Assembly (NCBI GenBank): GCA_041302025.1
Contig: JBFYRY010000003.1
Location: forward strand, 1 to 56,382
Direction: 5' to 3'
Origin: Chloroflexota bacterium
GTDB taxonomy: Bacteria; Chloroflexota; Anaerolineae; Anaerolineales; Villigracilaceae
DNA length: 56,382 nt
Part shown: in pieces, positions 9,459 to 19,013 of the stretch
Layout of the letters: the number at the start of each line of letters is the position of its first letter
Position numbering within the stretch: the stretch's first letter is position 1
Translations under genes and position numbers: made by a program
The notes under the pieces: generated by a model
Databases searched by the model: none
What the model saw: the letters and a program-made list of their open reading frames with translations, nothing else
Told to the model about the DNA's origin: nothing

Positions 9459-10712
9459 TTACTTGCACGGACCGGATGCGGCGCAGGCGGCAACCAGAGC
9501 GGCTTGGAAACCGTCCACGTTGCCATCTTGAATGAACAAGCCCAGCGCGGTATCGATCTCGGACTTCCAGGAGTCATTGGCAACCACACCGTGGGTCAAC
9601 GAACCGACCACTGTGTTGCTCGCCCAGTCATCCATGGCGGACTGCAGGTAGACACCGAAGAGTGTCTTATCGCAGTCGGTACGGGCACAGATCGAGCCCT
9701 TGACCGGGTTGAACGCTTCCTGACCTTCCTTCGAACCGGCGACCTTCAACCAAGCCATGGCGCCATCTTCATCCGGCGCGCCAACAGCGAGCACGAACGA
9801 GTCGGAAAGGAACTGGAAGACGCCAACACTACCGGGAGTGGGAGCCCAACCATAGTCTGTCTCGGGGGTCTTGCCCAATTCACGGAAGTAGCCTTCCGCC
9901 CAGTCACCCATAACATTGAACGCGGCGTCGCCATTGATCACGAGTTGAGAAGCATCCTGCCAGGACAAGGAAGCAGAGTCGCTGTTGGTGTATGTAAGAG
10001 CCTTCTGGAAGTTATTCAGGGCGCCCTTCACATCAGCACTGCCCCAATCCGTTGAACCGTCCCACAAACCATTGTATTTATCGGCTCCAAGTGTGCCGAG
10101 CAAAACGGTTTCCATCAGGTGCATCTTTGTCCACTGCTCACCAAGAGCGAGAGGAGTCACGCCAGCGGCCTGGAGGGTATCCATGGCGGCAAACCATTCA
10201 TCCATGGTGGCGGGAACCGCAACACCGTTCGCTTCGAGCACGGACGGGTTGTACCACATCACATTGGCGCGATGGATATTGACCGGCACAGAGTAGATAT
10301 TGCCATTATCCGAGATCAACGGGATAAGGGTTTTCGGCATGACAGCCAGCCAGCCTTCGGCTTCATACAGATCGTTCAACGGCTGGATCTGCTTGCCGGC
10401 GACATAGGTTCCGATCAATTCCTGACCGGCATGACCCTGCCAGGAATCGGGCGGGTCGCCAGCCTGCAAACGGGTGGCTAACACAGCGCGCGCATTGGTA
10501 CCGGCACCGCCAGCCACTGCCGCGTTGATGAATTCAATGTTGGGGTTCGCGGCATTGAAGACCTTGATCATGGCTTCGAGACCTGCCGCTTCACCGCCGC
10601 CGGTCCACCATGAGAACACTTCCACTTTTTTGGCGCCGCCGCCGCAGGCAGAGAGCACCAGCATTGCGATCACGAGTGCAGTTACCAGACTGTACCATTT
10701 ATTCTTGAACAT
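9459..10712 (-). CDS. ABC sugar-binding lipoprotein (glucose-binding type)
   Basis: Start ATG 10712 (SD AAGGAG). LSAC lipobox; VFSWWTGGGEAAGL, GDPPD, PVNIHRAN, VMGDWA, FNPVKGSI typical of glucose-binding proteins. Confidence 0.92.
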   Translation of the reverse strand: MFKNKWYSLVTALVIAMLVLSACGGGAKKVEVFSWWTGGGEAAGLEAMIKVFNAANPNIEFINAAVAGGAGTNARAVLATRLQAGDPPDSWQGHAGQELIGTYVAGKQIQPLNDLYEAEGWLAVMPKTLIPLISDNGNIYSVPVNIHRANVMWYNPSVLEANGVAVPATMDEWFAAMDTLQAAGVTPLALGEQWTKMHLMETVLLGTLGADKYNGLWDGSTDWGSADVKGALNNFQKALTYTNSDSASLSWQDASQLVINGDAAFNVMGDWAEGYFRELGKTPETDYGWAPTPGSVGVFQFLSDSFVLAVGAPDEDGAMAWLKVAGSKEGQEAFNPVKGSICARTDCDKTLFGVYLQSAMDDWASNTVVGSLTHGVVANDSWKSEIDTALGLFIQDGNVDGFQAALVAACAASGPCK

Positions 10713-10806
10713 TTTATTCTTCTCCTTTTCTTGAATGTGCAAACAATTTGGTTGTACGATACGATCCTCTGTTTATGAACACCACCTCCTTTTGCCTCGG
10801 ATTTGT

Positions 10807-10852
10807 AAAACAAAACGGAATATCCTCCTACCGTGCAGTAAGGACATTCCGT
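10807..10852 (-). terminator. Terminator-like hairpin inside the leader of the glucose-type ABC operon
   Basis: Minus strand AACGGAATGTCCT...AGGATATTCCGTT followed by TTGTTTT. Confidence 0.6.
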
Positions 10853-10952
10853 TCGTTAAACAGATCGAATTGTTTTTGCCAGCCAGCCAGTTTCATATTG
10901 CTCCCAAATGTTGTCATTCGCTAACTCTAATAGGGAAGTGCGGTGTTGTGTC

Positions 10953-10995
10953 TTGTCTGACAAAATAATTATATGACTTAACCAATGCCTGTCAA
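10953..10995 (-). promoter_or_regulatory. Consensus sigma70 promoter with adjacent palindromic operator
   Basis: Minus strand TTGACA (10990-10995)-N16-TATAAT (10968-10973); palindrome TTGTCTGACAA at 10953-10963 near the expected start site. Confidence 0.75.
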
Positions 10996-11002
10996 TGTAA
11001 CA

Positions 11003-12271
11003 TTACAGGGCGAGCAGAAACATCAGGTCGTTGACGTTCGTCCCGCTCGGACCGGTGCGGATCAGGTCACCCAACGCCTCGAAAAAGGGATACGCATCAT
11101 TCCGGGATAACAAGCCTGCCGCATCCAACCCAAGCGACTCAGCCCTTCGAGCGGATTCCCCTGTCACCACCGCGCCCGCCGCGTCAGTGGGACCGTCATC
11201 TCCATCGGTCGCCAGCGAGATCAACATCACATCCTTGGCTCCCGCCAATTCTTCAACAGCCGCCAACGCCAGTTCCTGATTCCTGCCGCCTTTGCCGTTG
11301 CCCTTGATCGTGACCGTTGTCTCTCCGCCCGCGATCAAACAGACTGGGCGCGAACGGACACTGACTTCACGGAGCAACCTTCGCGCAAGTTCAACTCCCG
11401 CATCACGCGCTTCGCCCTGTAATTCATTGGTTAAAACTTCAGCATCGAATCCTTCCCGCTGTGCCTGCTCCAGCGCGGCTTGTGCGGCAAGTTTATTGTC
11501 GCCGATGATGATATTTACAATGGACCGGTGTTGTCCAAGTCCGCTTTCCCCGGCAATGGGGGATGTGGAAAGTAATTGGTAAATGGCGGTTGGTAATCCA
11601 GTTTGTAATCGATACTTATTCAAAATATCGAGCGCATCTTCGCTCGTCGTCGGGTCGGGCACGGTTGGACCGGAGGCAATCGCTTCCAGCGGATTACCGA
11701 TCACATCTGACAGAATCAGGCTGACGATCTTCGCCCTGGTTGCACGAGCCAAGCCGCCGCCTTTGACGCGGTCCAACTGGCGGCGGATGGTGTTGATCTG
11801 GTCGATGCGTGCGCCGCAGGCGAGCAGTTCACGGGTGAGCGATTGCATTTCATCAAGAGTAATGCTTGCGTGAGGCGCAGTCACCAACGCAGAACCGCCG
11901 CCCGAGATCAAACACACCAGCGTATCGTCTTCGTTCAATGCTGACACAAATTCCAGCGCACGTTTGCCCGCATTAAGTGAGCGCTCATCCGGAATGGGAT
12001 GCCCGCCCTCCATAACGGAGTACAGGCTCCGGCTTGGGGGGGAGGCGTGTTTGCAGACGGCGAGCCCGCCGGAGAGGGGAATCCGTTCGGCGAGGGCATC
12101 CATCATCGGGATCGCGGCTTTCCCGATCCCCAAACCGAATACGCGACCGGTCGGTTCAGGCAGATATTTTTGCACGGCTTTGTAGGGGTCAATTGCGTCG
12201 ATGGCGGCGGCAAGGATTCGCAAAATGCGCGGATCCTGCAGGCTGTGTGTGATGAAACAAGTTGTGTCCAT
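11003..12271 (-). CDS. Glycerate 2-kinase (MOFRL/DUF4147 family)
   Basis: GIGKAA, GHPIPD, LISGGGSAL, VKGG, ISDVIG-like, GGETTV, GGRNQE, TDGDDG, GTNVND. Start moved to ATG 12271. Confidence 0.92.
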   Translation of the reverse strand: MDTTCFITHSLQDPRILRILAAAIDAIDPYKAVQKYLPEPTGRVFGLGIGKAAIPMMDALAERIPLSGGLAVCKHASPPSRSLYSVMEGGHPIPDERSLNAGKRALEFVSALNEDDTLVCLISGGGSALVTAPHASITLDEMQSLTRELLACGARIDQINTIRRQLDRVKGGGLARATRAKIVSLILSDVIGNPLEAIASGPTVPDPTTSEDALDILNKYRLQTGLPTAIYQLLSTSPIAGESGLGQHRSIVNIIIGDNKLAAQAALEQAQREGFDAEVLTNELQGEARDAGVELARRLLREVSVRSRPVCLIAGGETTVTIKGNGKGGRNQELALAAVEELAGAKDVMLISLATDGDDGPTDAAGAVVTGESARRAESLGLDAAGLLSRNDAYPFFEALGDLIRTGPSGTNVNDLMFLLAL

Positions 12272-12291
12272 TTCTGTTATGATAACAGAAA
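12271..12291. promoter_or_regulatory. Palindromic bidirectional extended -10 element or operator
   Basis: TTTCTGTTAT-G-ATAACAGAAA; reads TGnTATGAT on + and TGnTATCAT on -. Confidence 0.6.
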
Positions 12292-12311
12292 GAGAAACTG
12301 TGGAGTGAAGC

Positions 12312-13292
12312 ATGGCAAAACCAAAAGTATTCATAACCCGCGTGATTCCGGAAAAGGGGCTGGCAATGGTCAGGGATTTTTGTGACGTGGACCTGTGGAC
12401 CGATGAACTGCCGCCGAGCCGCGCAGACATGCTCAAGCACGTGCAGGGCGTGGATGGCATCCTGAGCCTGCTCACCGACCCGATCGACGGCGAAGTGATG
12501 GACACAGTGGGTGAACAGTTGAAGGTCATCAGCAACCACGCGGTGGGATTCGACAATATCGATATCGGCGCCGCAACTGCGCGCGGGATCCCCGTGGGCA
12601 ACACGCCCGATGTGCTGACCGACGCCACCGCCGATTTCGCCTTCACGCTGTTGATGAGCGCCGGTCGCCGTGTGCTGGAGGCAGACCGTTATGTACGTGA
12701 CGGCAAGTGGAAGACGTGGGGACCGATGCTCCTGCTTGGCAGTGAGATGAAAGGCGCGACGCTGGGGCTGGTGGGCTTTGGCCGCATCGGCAGGGCTGTG
12801 GCGCGCCGTGCAACGGGTTTCGACATGCGGGTGATCTACTACGACCCAAACGATGACGGACATGATCCTGCGCTGAATGCAAGACGCGTGGATTTTGAAA
12901 CCCTGCTCGAAGAGTCGGACTTCCTCTCACTTCACACGCCGCTGACACCTGATACGCGCCATATGATCGATGCCGAAGCCCTGAGCCGTATGAAACCAAA
13001 CGCGGTTCTCGTGAACACCTCGCGCGGTCCCGTTGTGGATATGGATGCGCTCTACGACGCCTTGAAGGAGAAGCGTATCTTCGCGGCGGGACTGGATGTA
13101 ACCGACCCGGAGCCGCTTCCGGCGGATCATCGTTTGCTGACGCTGGACAATATCATCGTGATGCCGCATATCGCCAGCGCCAGCACAAAAGCGCGCGACC
13201 AGATGTCCTGGATGGCGGCAATGAATTTGATCTCGGGGTTGAAAGGCGATCGTTTACCGAACTGCGTGAACCCCCAGGTATATGACAAATAA
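12312..13292 (+). CDS. D-glycerate dehydrogenase / glyoxylate reductase (D-2-hydroxyacid dehydrogenase)
   Basis: [42 protein letters not shown]. Confidence 0.93.
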   Translation: MAKPKVFITRVIPEKGLAMVRDFCDVDLWTDELPPSRADMLKHVQGVDGILSLLTDPIDGEVMDTVGEQLKVISNHAVGFDNIDIGAATARGIPVGNTPDVLTDATADFAFTLLMSAGRRVLEADRYVRDGKWKTWGPMLLLGSEMKGATLGLVGFGRIGRAVARRATGFDMRVIYYDPNDDGHDPALNARRVDFETLLEESDFLSLHTPLTPDTRHMIDAEALSRMKPNAVLVNTSRGPVVDMDALYDALKEKRIFAAGLDVTDPEPLPADHRLLTLDNIIVMPHIASASTKARDQMSWMAAMNLISGLKGDRLPNCVNPQVYDK

Positions 13293-13306
13293 AACGGGAT
13301 GTCCTG

Positions 13307-15064
13307 TCATCCCCTGGCGTGATGCAGGCGGTCTGCCGCTTCCTCGGTAAGCGGAATGTAGACCTGGATCCTGGTCCCCTTCCCCGGCGCAGAATCGATG
13401 TTGATGTGGCCGTTGACCAGTTCCGTGCGTTCACGCAGGTTGATCATGCCCAGACTGCCGCGCCTGTCATAGGACTTGTTTATGGCTTCGACATCGAATC
13501 CCATGCCGTCGTCTTCGATCTCGAGCAGTGCAATGCCTGTTTCAAAGTGTCTTAACCGCACCCAGATATGCATGGCATTGGCATGTTTGCGGGCATTGGT
13601 CGCGGCCTCTTCGATGATATAGAAAATGACGCCCTGCTTCCCCATTTCAAAATTTTCGATCACCGACTCATCCACATTGACGATCACGTTCTGACCGAAC
13701 GTCTCACGCATCTTCTCCGCCATGGCGGTAAGCGCGGCGGTAAGCCCCTGCGACTCGAGGATGAGCGGGCGCAGGGTGAACAGCATGTGGCGGATCTCCT
13801 TGGTGGTACGGTGCGCCAGTTCCTCGATCTTTTGCAGTTCATCCTCGGCGCTTGCCACGTCCTTCTTCACCATGCGCCGCACAAGGTTGATGCGCATTGC
13901 CATCGCCGCAACAGACTGGGTGGGACCGTCATGCAGGTCGCGCGCCAGTTTTTTGCGCGTTTCCTCCTGCACTTCGACCATGCGTTCCTTTTCTTCGACA
14001 AGGTCCTGGTAAAGACTGGCGTTCTGTACGGCGATCACCGCCTGCCGCCCGATGATATCCAGCAAACCGCGGCGTTCCAGTGTAAAGTAGTTCGGGTCGG
14101 GGTGGGAAAACAGCATCGCGCCATAGATGTTGAATCCGCTCCTTAAAGGGAAACAGTAGGCGGCTGTGCATGAACGCAGTGCAATGATCCGTCCAAGTTC
14201 GGGATCGTAACCCACATCCTGCGTGAGGATGGCTTCCCCGTCATCGAATATCTTTTTGAGGATGCCGTCCTTTCCCTGCAGGTTGGCGCGCATATCGGCA
14301 TTGGTAAATCGCCGCGCGGAGCCGATGTGCAATTCATCGCCCTTGAACAACAGCACCGCACTCACGAGTCGTTCATCGGTGCTTGGCTCATCGGGGTCGG
14401 CGGTGGGATTGAGAGCGTTGTACCCCAGATCGAGGGCGGAATCGAGTACGCGTTTGTAACTGAGTGTGGCGGTCAGCGTGGAGGTCAATTCATAGATGGC
14501 ACGCAGGCGCTCGCTCTCCATGTGCCGGAGGCGTTCCTCACGATCCAGGCGGAATTGACGCATCTGCCGCAGGTATCTCATGGCGTACTTTCCTGAAAAC
14601 CCAGCCACAAGCCCGAACAGCAATGTCAATACGATCCGGCTGGAGGCGGCAATCACCAGATTGTTCAGGAACAGGTCGCGGGAGACAAAATACTGCAAAA
14701 CGGCGAACAGTCCCGCCGCGATAAATGCCCCCAACATTTCGAAATAGATCGCGCCCGTAAGAATGGGCAGAAGCCCCACCCACATGACCGGACTTGCCAG
14801 TCCGCCTTGCGCCCAGAAAAGCAACGCCGCAAGAAGGAAGTCGATACCGAGCACGGTACGGCGATGATAACGGCGCAGGCGCATGCTTACCCCCGCAAGG
14901 ATACTCAAAAGAATGTTCCATGCCAGCAAAAAGCCCATGGACCACGAGAATATGCCCGCCGCTTGATCCTTTGAAGCCAGCGACGCAGTAAGACCCACCA
15001 GCACGATCCAGCGTGCAGATGTGGCAAACCAATCGGCAACATAGGGGGTTTCGAATGATCGCAT
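13307..15064 (-). CDS. Membrane GAF-domain sensor histidine kinase (HisKA_3 type)
   Basis: N-terminal TM bundle, GAF region, LARDLHDGPTQ H-box, EAATNARKHA, DDGMGF, GMINLRER, SAPGKGT. No adjacent response regulator. Confidence 0.92.
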   Translation of the reverse strand: MRSFETPYVADWFATSARWIVLVGLTASLASKDQAAGIFSWSMGFLLAWNILLSILAGVSMRLRRYHRRTVLGIDFLLAALLFWAQGGLASPVMWVGLLPILTGAIYFEMLGAFIAAGLFAVLQYFVSRDLFLNNLVIAASSRIVLTLLFGLVAGFSGKYAMRYLRQMRQFRLDREERLRHMESERLRAIYELTSTLTATLSYKRVLDSALDLGYNALNPTADPDEPSTDERLVSAVLLFKGDELHIGSARRFTNADMRANLQGKDGILKKIFDDGEAILTQDVGYDPELGRIIALRSCTAAYCFPLRSGFNIYGAMLFSHPDPNYFTLERRGLLDIIGRQAVIAVQNASLYQDLVEEKERMVEVQEETRKKLARDLHDGPTQSVAAMAMRINLVRRMVKKDVASAEDELQKIEELAHRTTKEIRHMLFTLRPLILESQGLTAALTAMAEKMRETFGQNVIVNVDESVIENFEMGKQGVIFYIIEEAATNARKHANAMHIWVRLRHFETGIALLEIEDDGMGFDVEAINKSYDRRGSLGMINLRERTELVNGHINIDSAPGKGTRIQVYIPLTEEAADRLHHARG

Positions 15065-15135
15065 CAGGTCGTAATGATACCCGAAAAAGATTAATGATCT
15101 CGCGGCGCTGACGTTACAGGATGATTACGGCTCGG

Positions 15136-16614
15136 CTACAGGCGTTCCGCGGGATTTGCCGGGACAGCAGGATCATGCTTCGCACCTGCCGGAAATGCAG
15201 TCATGCCGGCGAGAATACCGAAATTGATCCAGATATTTGGCGTTGCGAACGAATCCTGCGTGGCATTGTAGATCAGGATGGCGATCCACGAGAACAGGGC
15301 GGCAATGCCAAGATAGCGTGATAGAGTTGTATTTCCCTGCAAAGCCCGGATGGTATCGCCCAGCACCGAGAAAAGATATATGAAAAAGAAGCCGAACCCG
15401 ATCAAGCCAGTCTCTGCCAGCAGGCGTGCATACATGTTCTTGGGATTTGGATATAAGCGGTTCTCCGGAGATAACAACCGCGCGATTTCCGGAACATCTG
15501 TCATCGCCCAATCGGGCAGGTTGTCGTAGATGTAGAATCCGCTTGCGCCCAGTCCCACACCGAAGAGCGGACTTTCCTCATACGCGCCCAGTGCGCCAAC
15601 CGTGTATGCGGCGCGCGCACCCGCATAATTCTCCACGATGAATTCCTCCACGCTGGCGGCATCCGAGTTAAACAGCCGGGCGACATAATCATTTCGGCTC
15701 AGGAAGAAAAGCGCGCCAACCAGCGAACCGATCACCAGGATGATGATTCCAAAACGCAGAAGCGCTCCGCCTCCGCTTTTGAGACCGGGGAGGAACCAGT
15801 TCCACAGGGCGCGCAATTCCGCCCTGCCCGCCAAAAGAAAGGTCAGAACCAGCGCCGTGCCGGAAGTGAGCAGACCGCCGCGCGAGAGTGATGTCAGAAG
15901 TAACAGACCGGCGAACCCCAGCAAAACAGGCTCCAGCCACCGGAAGCGGGTCACATGCATGCGCGTCAGAAGCGCCGCGAAGATCCACGGCAGATACACC
16001 GTTGCGATCTGTCCCGCCAGCCACGCAGGTTCATACGCCATGCCTGAAACACGGGGCAGGATGACCATTTCGCGCATCGAGAAAGCAAGCTGCCAGAAAG
16101 ATACGGTCTCTTTTTCGAGCAGTGGTGTGTAGATGGCAAGCATTTGGACCCCGCTCCACAGCACATCCATGACAAAACCAGCCAACAGCCATTTGACCGA
16201 AAACCGCAGGTCATCTTCATGGCGGTTCATCCACATCGCCGGGATAAAAAAGGATAACCCGATGATAACCGTCACCCAGGCACGGATGACTCGCCCGAAA
16301 TATTCCTGTCCGCGCAAGGGAAGCGGATCGAACCACGCTCCAAAACTGCTCGCCGTTATCGCGAACAAAACGAACGCTGACAGCGGCACCAGGACACCCG
16401 CACGCGGAAAAGATGACTTCCCGCGCAGGAATTGAACCACCAGCACAGGCAGGAGCAATACGATGGGATACAACGCCAGCGGACGGACAAGCGTGCCATC
16501 CCCCAACAACGGATAATACCGAAAACTCGTCACCGGCAGGCTGAACAGCGCCGCTCCCCACAGGAAGCGCGCGATCTTACCCAACGGAAGACGGTCCACC
16601 AGGGATGTTTTCAT
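15136..16614 (-). CDS. O-antigen ligase/polymerase-like membrane protein
   Basis: Many TM segments; RVSG..YEP, SRGG, PLFGVGLG, KNMY..LLAETGLIG. Confidence 0.8.
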   Translation of the reverse strand: MKTSLVDRLPLGKIARFLWGAALFSLPVTSFRYYPLLGDGTLVRPLALYPIVLLLPVLVVQFLRGKSSFPRAGVLVPLSAFVLFAITASSFGAWFDPLPLRGQEYFGRVIRAWVTVIIGLSFFIPAMWMNRHEDDLRFSVKWLLAGFVMDVLWSGVQMLAIYTPLLEKETVSFWQLAFSMREMVILPRVSGMAYEPAWLAGQIATVYLPWIFAALLTRMHVTRFRWLEPVLLGFAGLLLLTSLSRGGLLTSGTALVLTFLLAGRAELRALWNWFLPGLKSGGGALLRFGIIILVIGSLVGALFFLSRNDYVARLFNSDAASVEEFIVENYAGARAAYTVGALGAYEESPLFGVGLGASGFYIYDNLPDWAMTDVPEIARLLSPENRLYPNPKNMYARLLAETGLIGFGFFFIYLFSVLGDTIRALQGNTTLSRYLGIAALFSWIAILIYNATQDSFATPNIWINFGILAGMTAFPAGAKHDPAVPANPAERL

Positions 16615-17246
16615 TGCATCGCAGTGGACTTCTGCCCAAAATCAAAAAACAGCGCGATGATCGATGCCAGCGCCAGAAACCCGATCACACCGATGAAGAG
16701 ATACGTGCTCAACGAAATGCTTCGCTCGACAGGCAAATTAGCCGCCTGGGTCACCGTCACTTCGATGAACGAGTTCAACCCCTCCGCCGATACCATTTGA
16801 GCGGAAACCTGCCCTGCAAAGGACTGCGCCCATGCCGAAGCCAGTTCTGCCGCCCGCTGTGAATCGTTATCGTCCGCATGGAAGTGCCACCCTCCTTCCG
16901 CAGGCTGGCCAAGCGATAACCTGCCATCGCGTAATTCCGCAATCGTATTCCGCGGATCACGTTCGACGATGGATTCCATCACAGCATCGGAGAAGGCGAT
17001 CTCCTCCAGTTTGCGCGTCTCACGCTCGAGATAATAGAACTGCTGACGGTCGGTCTCCTGGGGCCAGGCTTGTTCGAGGTTAAAATCCACCAACACAGTG
17101 GCGCGCGCCCGATATGGCGGCGGAGCGGCGTAATACACTGCCGCGCCGATCAGCCCGCCGATCAGCACGCCCACGGACCAGAACCGCCATGCCTTGAGCA
17201 GGCGGGCAAAATCATTGAGAGAGGGAGGGGAGAAGAGCCATTTCAT
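16611..17246 (-). CDS. Wzz/YveK-like chain-length determinant protein
   Basis: Two terminal TM helices, PPYRARATVLV motif, located in the glycan cluster. Confidence 0.65.
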   Translation of the reverse strand: MKWLFSPPSLNDFARLLKAWRFWSVGVLIGGLIGAAVYYAAPPPYRARATVLVDFNLEQAWPQETDRQQFYYLERETRKLEEIAFSDAVMESIVERDPRNTIAELRDGRLSLGQPAEGGWHFHADDNDSQRAAELASAWAQSFAGQVSAQMVSAEGLNSFIEVTVTQAANLPVERSISLSTYLFIGVIGFLALASIIALFFDFGQKSTAMQ

Positions 17247-17268
17247 TGAGTATGTTTTCCAGAGAGCT

Positions 17269-17310
17269 GTATTGCATACTGCGTAATACGTACTACACAG
17301 TACGCAACAG
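17269..17310. repeat. Inverted heptamer array (GTATTGC/GCAATAC family)
   Basis: gtattgc atactgc | gtaatac gtactac acagtac gcaacag; related run at 27241-27275. Confidence 0.55.
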
Positions 17311-17313
17311 GTT

Positions 17314-18090
17314 CTAGCTCAACATCTTTCTTCGCCGCCAGGTCCACAACGGCGCGATCAACTTGCGGATGTAATACTTCGCCACGATCACCGAGAAGAA
17401 CGAGCCGCCATCCCGGTAATGGACGCGGATCATATCGGGCCAGCAACGGTCATCGGCGGCAATCGTCTTGCCGGAACTGTGCAGGCGGAAGTTCGCCCAG
17501 GTTTGCCCGGGCAGGTATTTCAATTCGGCGCGCGCCGCAATCCGCGTCCACAGGTCGTAGTCCATTGCAAAATAGAAGGACGGGTCGAGCGGACCGACCT
17601 GCCTCCACAAATCCGCGCGGAAGAACATGGTCTGTTGCGGGATGTGGACATAACCCTGGCGCAGTAAACGATAATCCGTTTGGGCGGAGCCAAACCTGCC
17701 GATGACACGCCCATCTTCGTTGATGAAGTTGCAATCGGCGTATACCATCCCCACTTCAGGATGTTCCTGCAAATATTTTACGGCGGCAGAGACGGCGCCC
17801 GGCTCATACGTATCGTCCGAGTTGATCCACGCCAGGATATCGCCGTTCGCGCGCGCAAACCCCTTGTTGATGGCGTCGGTCTGACCCTTGTCCTTTTCGC
17901 TCACCCACCATGCAAGTTTATCTTCGTGTCGTTTGATGACATCCACCGAGCCATCGGTCGAGCCACCATCCACAACGATATACTCGATGCGCGGATAATC
18001 CTGTCCCAGCACGGACTGGATCGTTGCTTCGATGTAGCGCGCCTGGTTGAACGACGGCGTGATAATGGAAACCAACGGCTGGACAGGCAT
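17314..18090 (-). CDS. Glycosyltransferase family 2
   Basis: VSIITPSFNQ, VDGGSTDG, WINSDD. Start ATG 18090 coupled to the upstream TAA. Confidence 0.93.
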   Translation of the reverse strand: MPVQPLVSIITPSFNQARYIEATIQSVLGQDYPRIEYIVVDGGSTDGSVDVIKRHEDKLAWWVSEKDKGQTDAINKGFARANGDILAWINSDDTYEPGAVSAAVKYLQEHPEVGMVYADCNFINEDGRVIGRFGSAQTDYRLLRQGYVHIPQQTMFFRADLWRQVGPLDPSFYFAMDYDLWTRIAARAELKYLPGQTWANFRLHSSGKTIAADDRCWPDMIRVHYRDGGSFFSVIVAKYYIRKLIAPLWTWRRRKMLS

Positions 18091-19013
18091 TACCATTCCC
18101 CTTCTGCGTAGAACAGGGATGAGACACCTTCCGTTATCCGGCGGATGCGATTTATTTCGTCTTCGCTCAAACGCTTCTTCCAACTGTCGATATTGGCGCG
18201 GCTATCAAGTTTCACCGAATGAACTTTTTTGCGCGACAACTCCACGGGGTTCTCCGAACTGCTGGAATTCAAGATCGTTTTTTCCACCTTGCTTGTAAAT
18301 TCAAGACCAAGTTTGGCATACAGGTCGCGGTAACCGTTAACGGGGTCACGGGAAAGGTCCTCGTGGCGGACGGTTATGAAATCGGGATTCAGCCTGTGGG
18401 TCGTGTGAACCGAACGGTAGATGATCTTCCAGAGCAGAGCCGCCTGCCCGATCACATCATCCGCCTTGATCGACTGCATCTCATCCTGAAAATCCCCGGC
18501 ATGGTCGCGCAATAACAAGGGCTGGTCCAGCAAATCCTTGAAATCGAAATTCCAGTTAAAACGTTTGAGACTGCTCGCAAACCCGGCGGGATGCCGCACC
18601 GTAACGACAACCTTGCAGTTCAACTTCTTCGCAAACCACGGGGTCGAGAACACCGCAAACGGGTCTTTGATGAGCACGCGCTGTCCGCGCAGGGAGCCGT
18701 TGTAAAAGATGATGAAATCACGTCCCATGCGCAGGAAATCCTTGCGTGAACGGGTCGAGCGGATCTCCGCCCACAGGTGATAATCGAAATCAAGCAGTTC
18801 TTCGTAAGGCTTCAGGAACTCGGATTCATTCTCGTCGCAGATGTATTGATACCAGCGCGAGACCTTCGCGGAGAAGACACCGGGGCGATGCAAAACATTC
18901 AATGGCTCACTAATGTATGCCGTGTTCGCATCAGCGGCGAGCATCCTGCCGACCCACGTCGTTCCACTGCGGTGTGCGCCGGTTACAAGGATGGGATGGG
19001 AAATATCGGTCAT
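18090..19013 (-). CDS. Sulfotransferase
   Basis: PAPS-binding loop GAHRSGTT; EP, KDP, VRHP..ASS, RHEDL motifs. Confidence 0.88.
   Translation of the reverse strand: MTDISHPILVTGAHRSGTTWVGRMLAADANTAYISEPLNVLHRPGVFSAKVSRWYQYICDENESEFLKPYEELLDFDYHLWAEIRSTRSRKDFLRMGRDFIIFYNGSLRGQRVLIKDPFAVFSTPWFAKKLNCKVVVTVRHPAGFASSLKRFNWNFDFKDLLDQPLLLRDHAGDFQDEMQSIKADDVIGQAALLWKIIYRSVHTTHRLNPDFITVRHEDLSRDPVNGYRDLYAKLGLEFTSKVEKTILNSSSSENPVELSRKKVHSVKLDSRANIDSWKKRLSEDEINRIRRITEGVSSLFYAEGEW

Noticed and set aside
1637-10712. Both ABC operons being defective because no ATPase gene is present
   Set aside because: CUT1 sugar importers commonly share a MsmX/MsiK-type ATPase encoded elsewhere.
12272-12646. N-terminal extension of glycerate kinase in the ORF track (likewise the extended starts of comM, thrC, mutS2, tlpA and the ECF sigma)
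   Set aside because: The extensions overlap divergent genes, terminators or repeats; downstream ATGs fit the family N-termini and promoter or SD signals.
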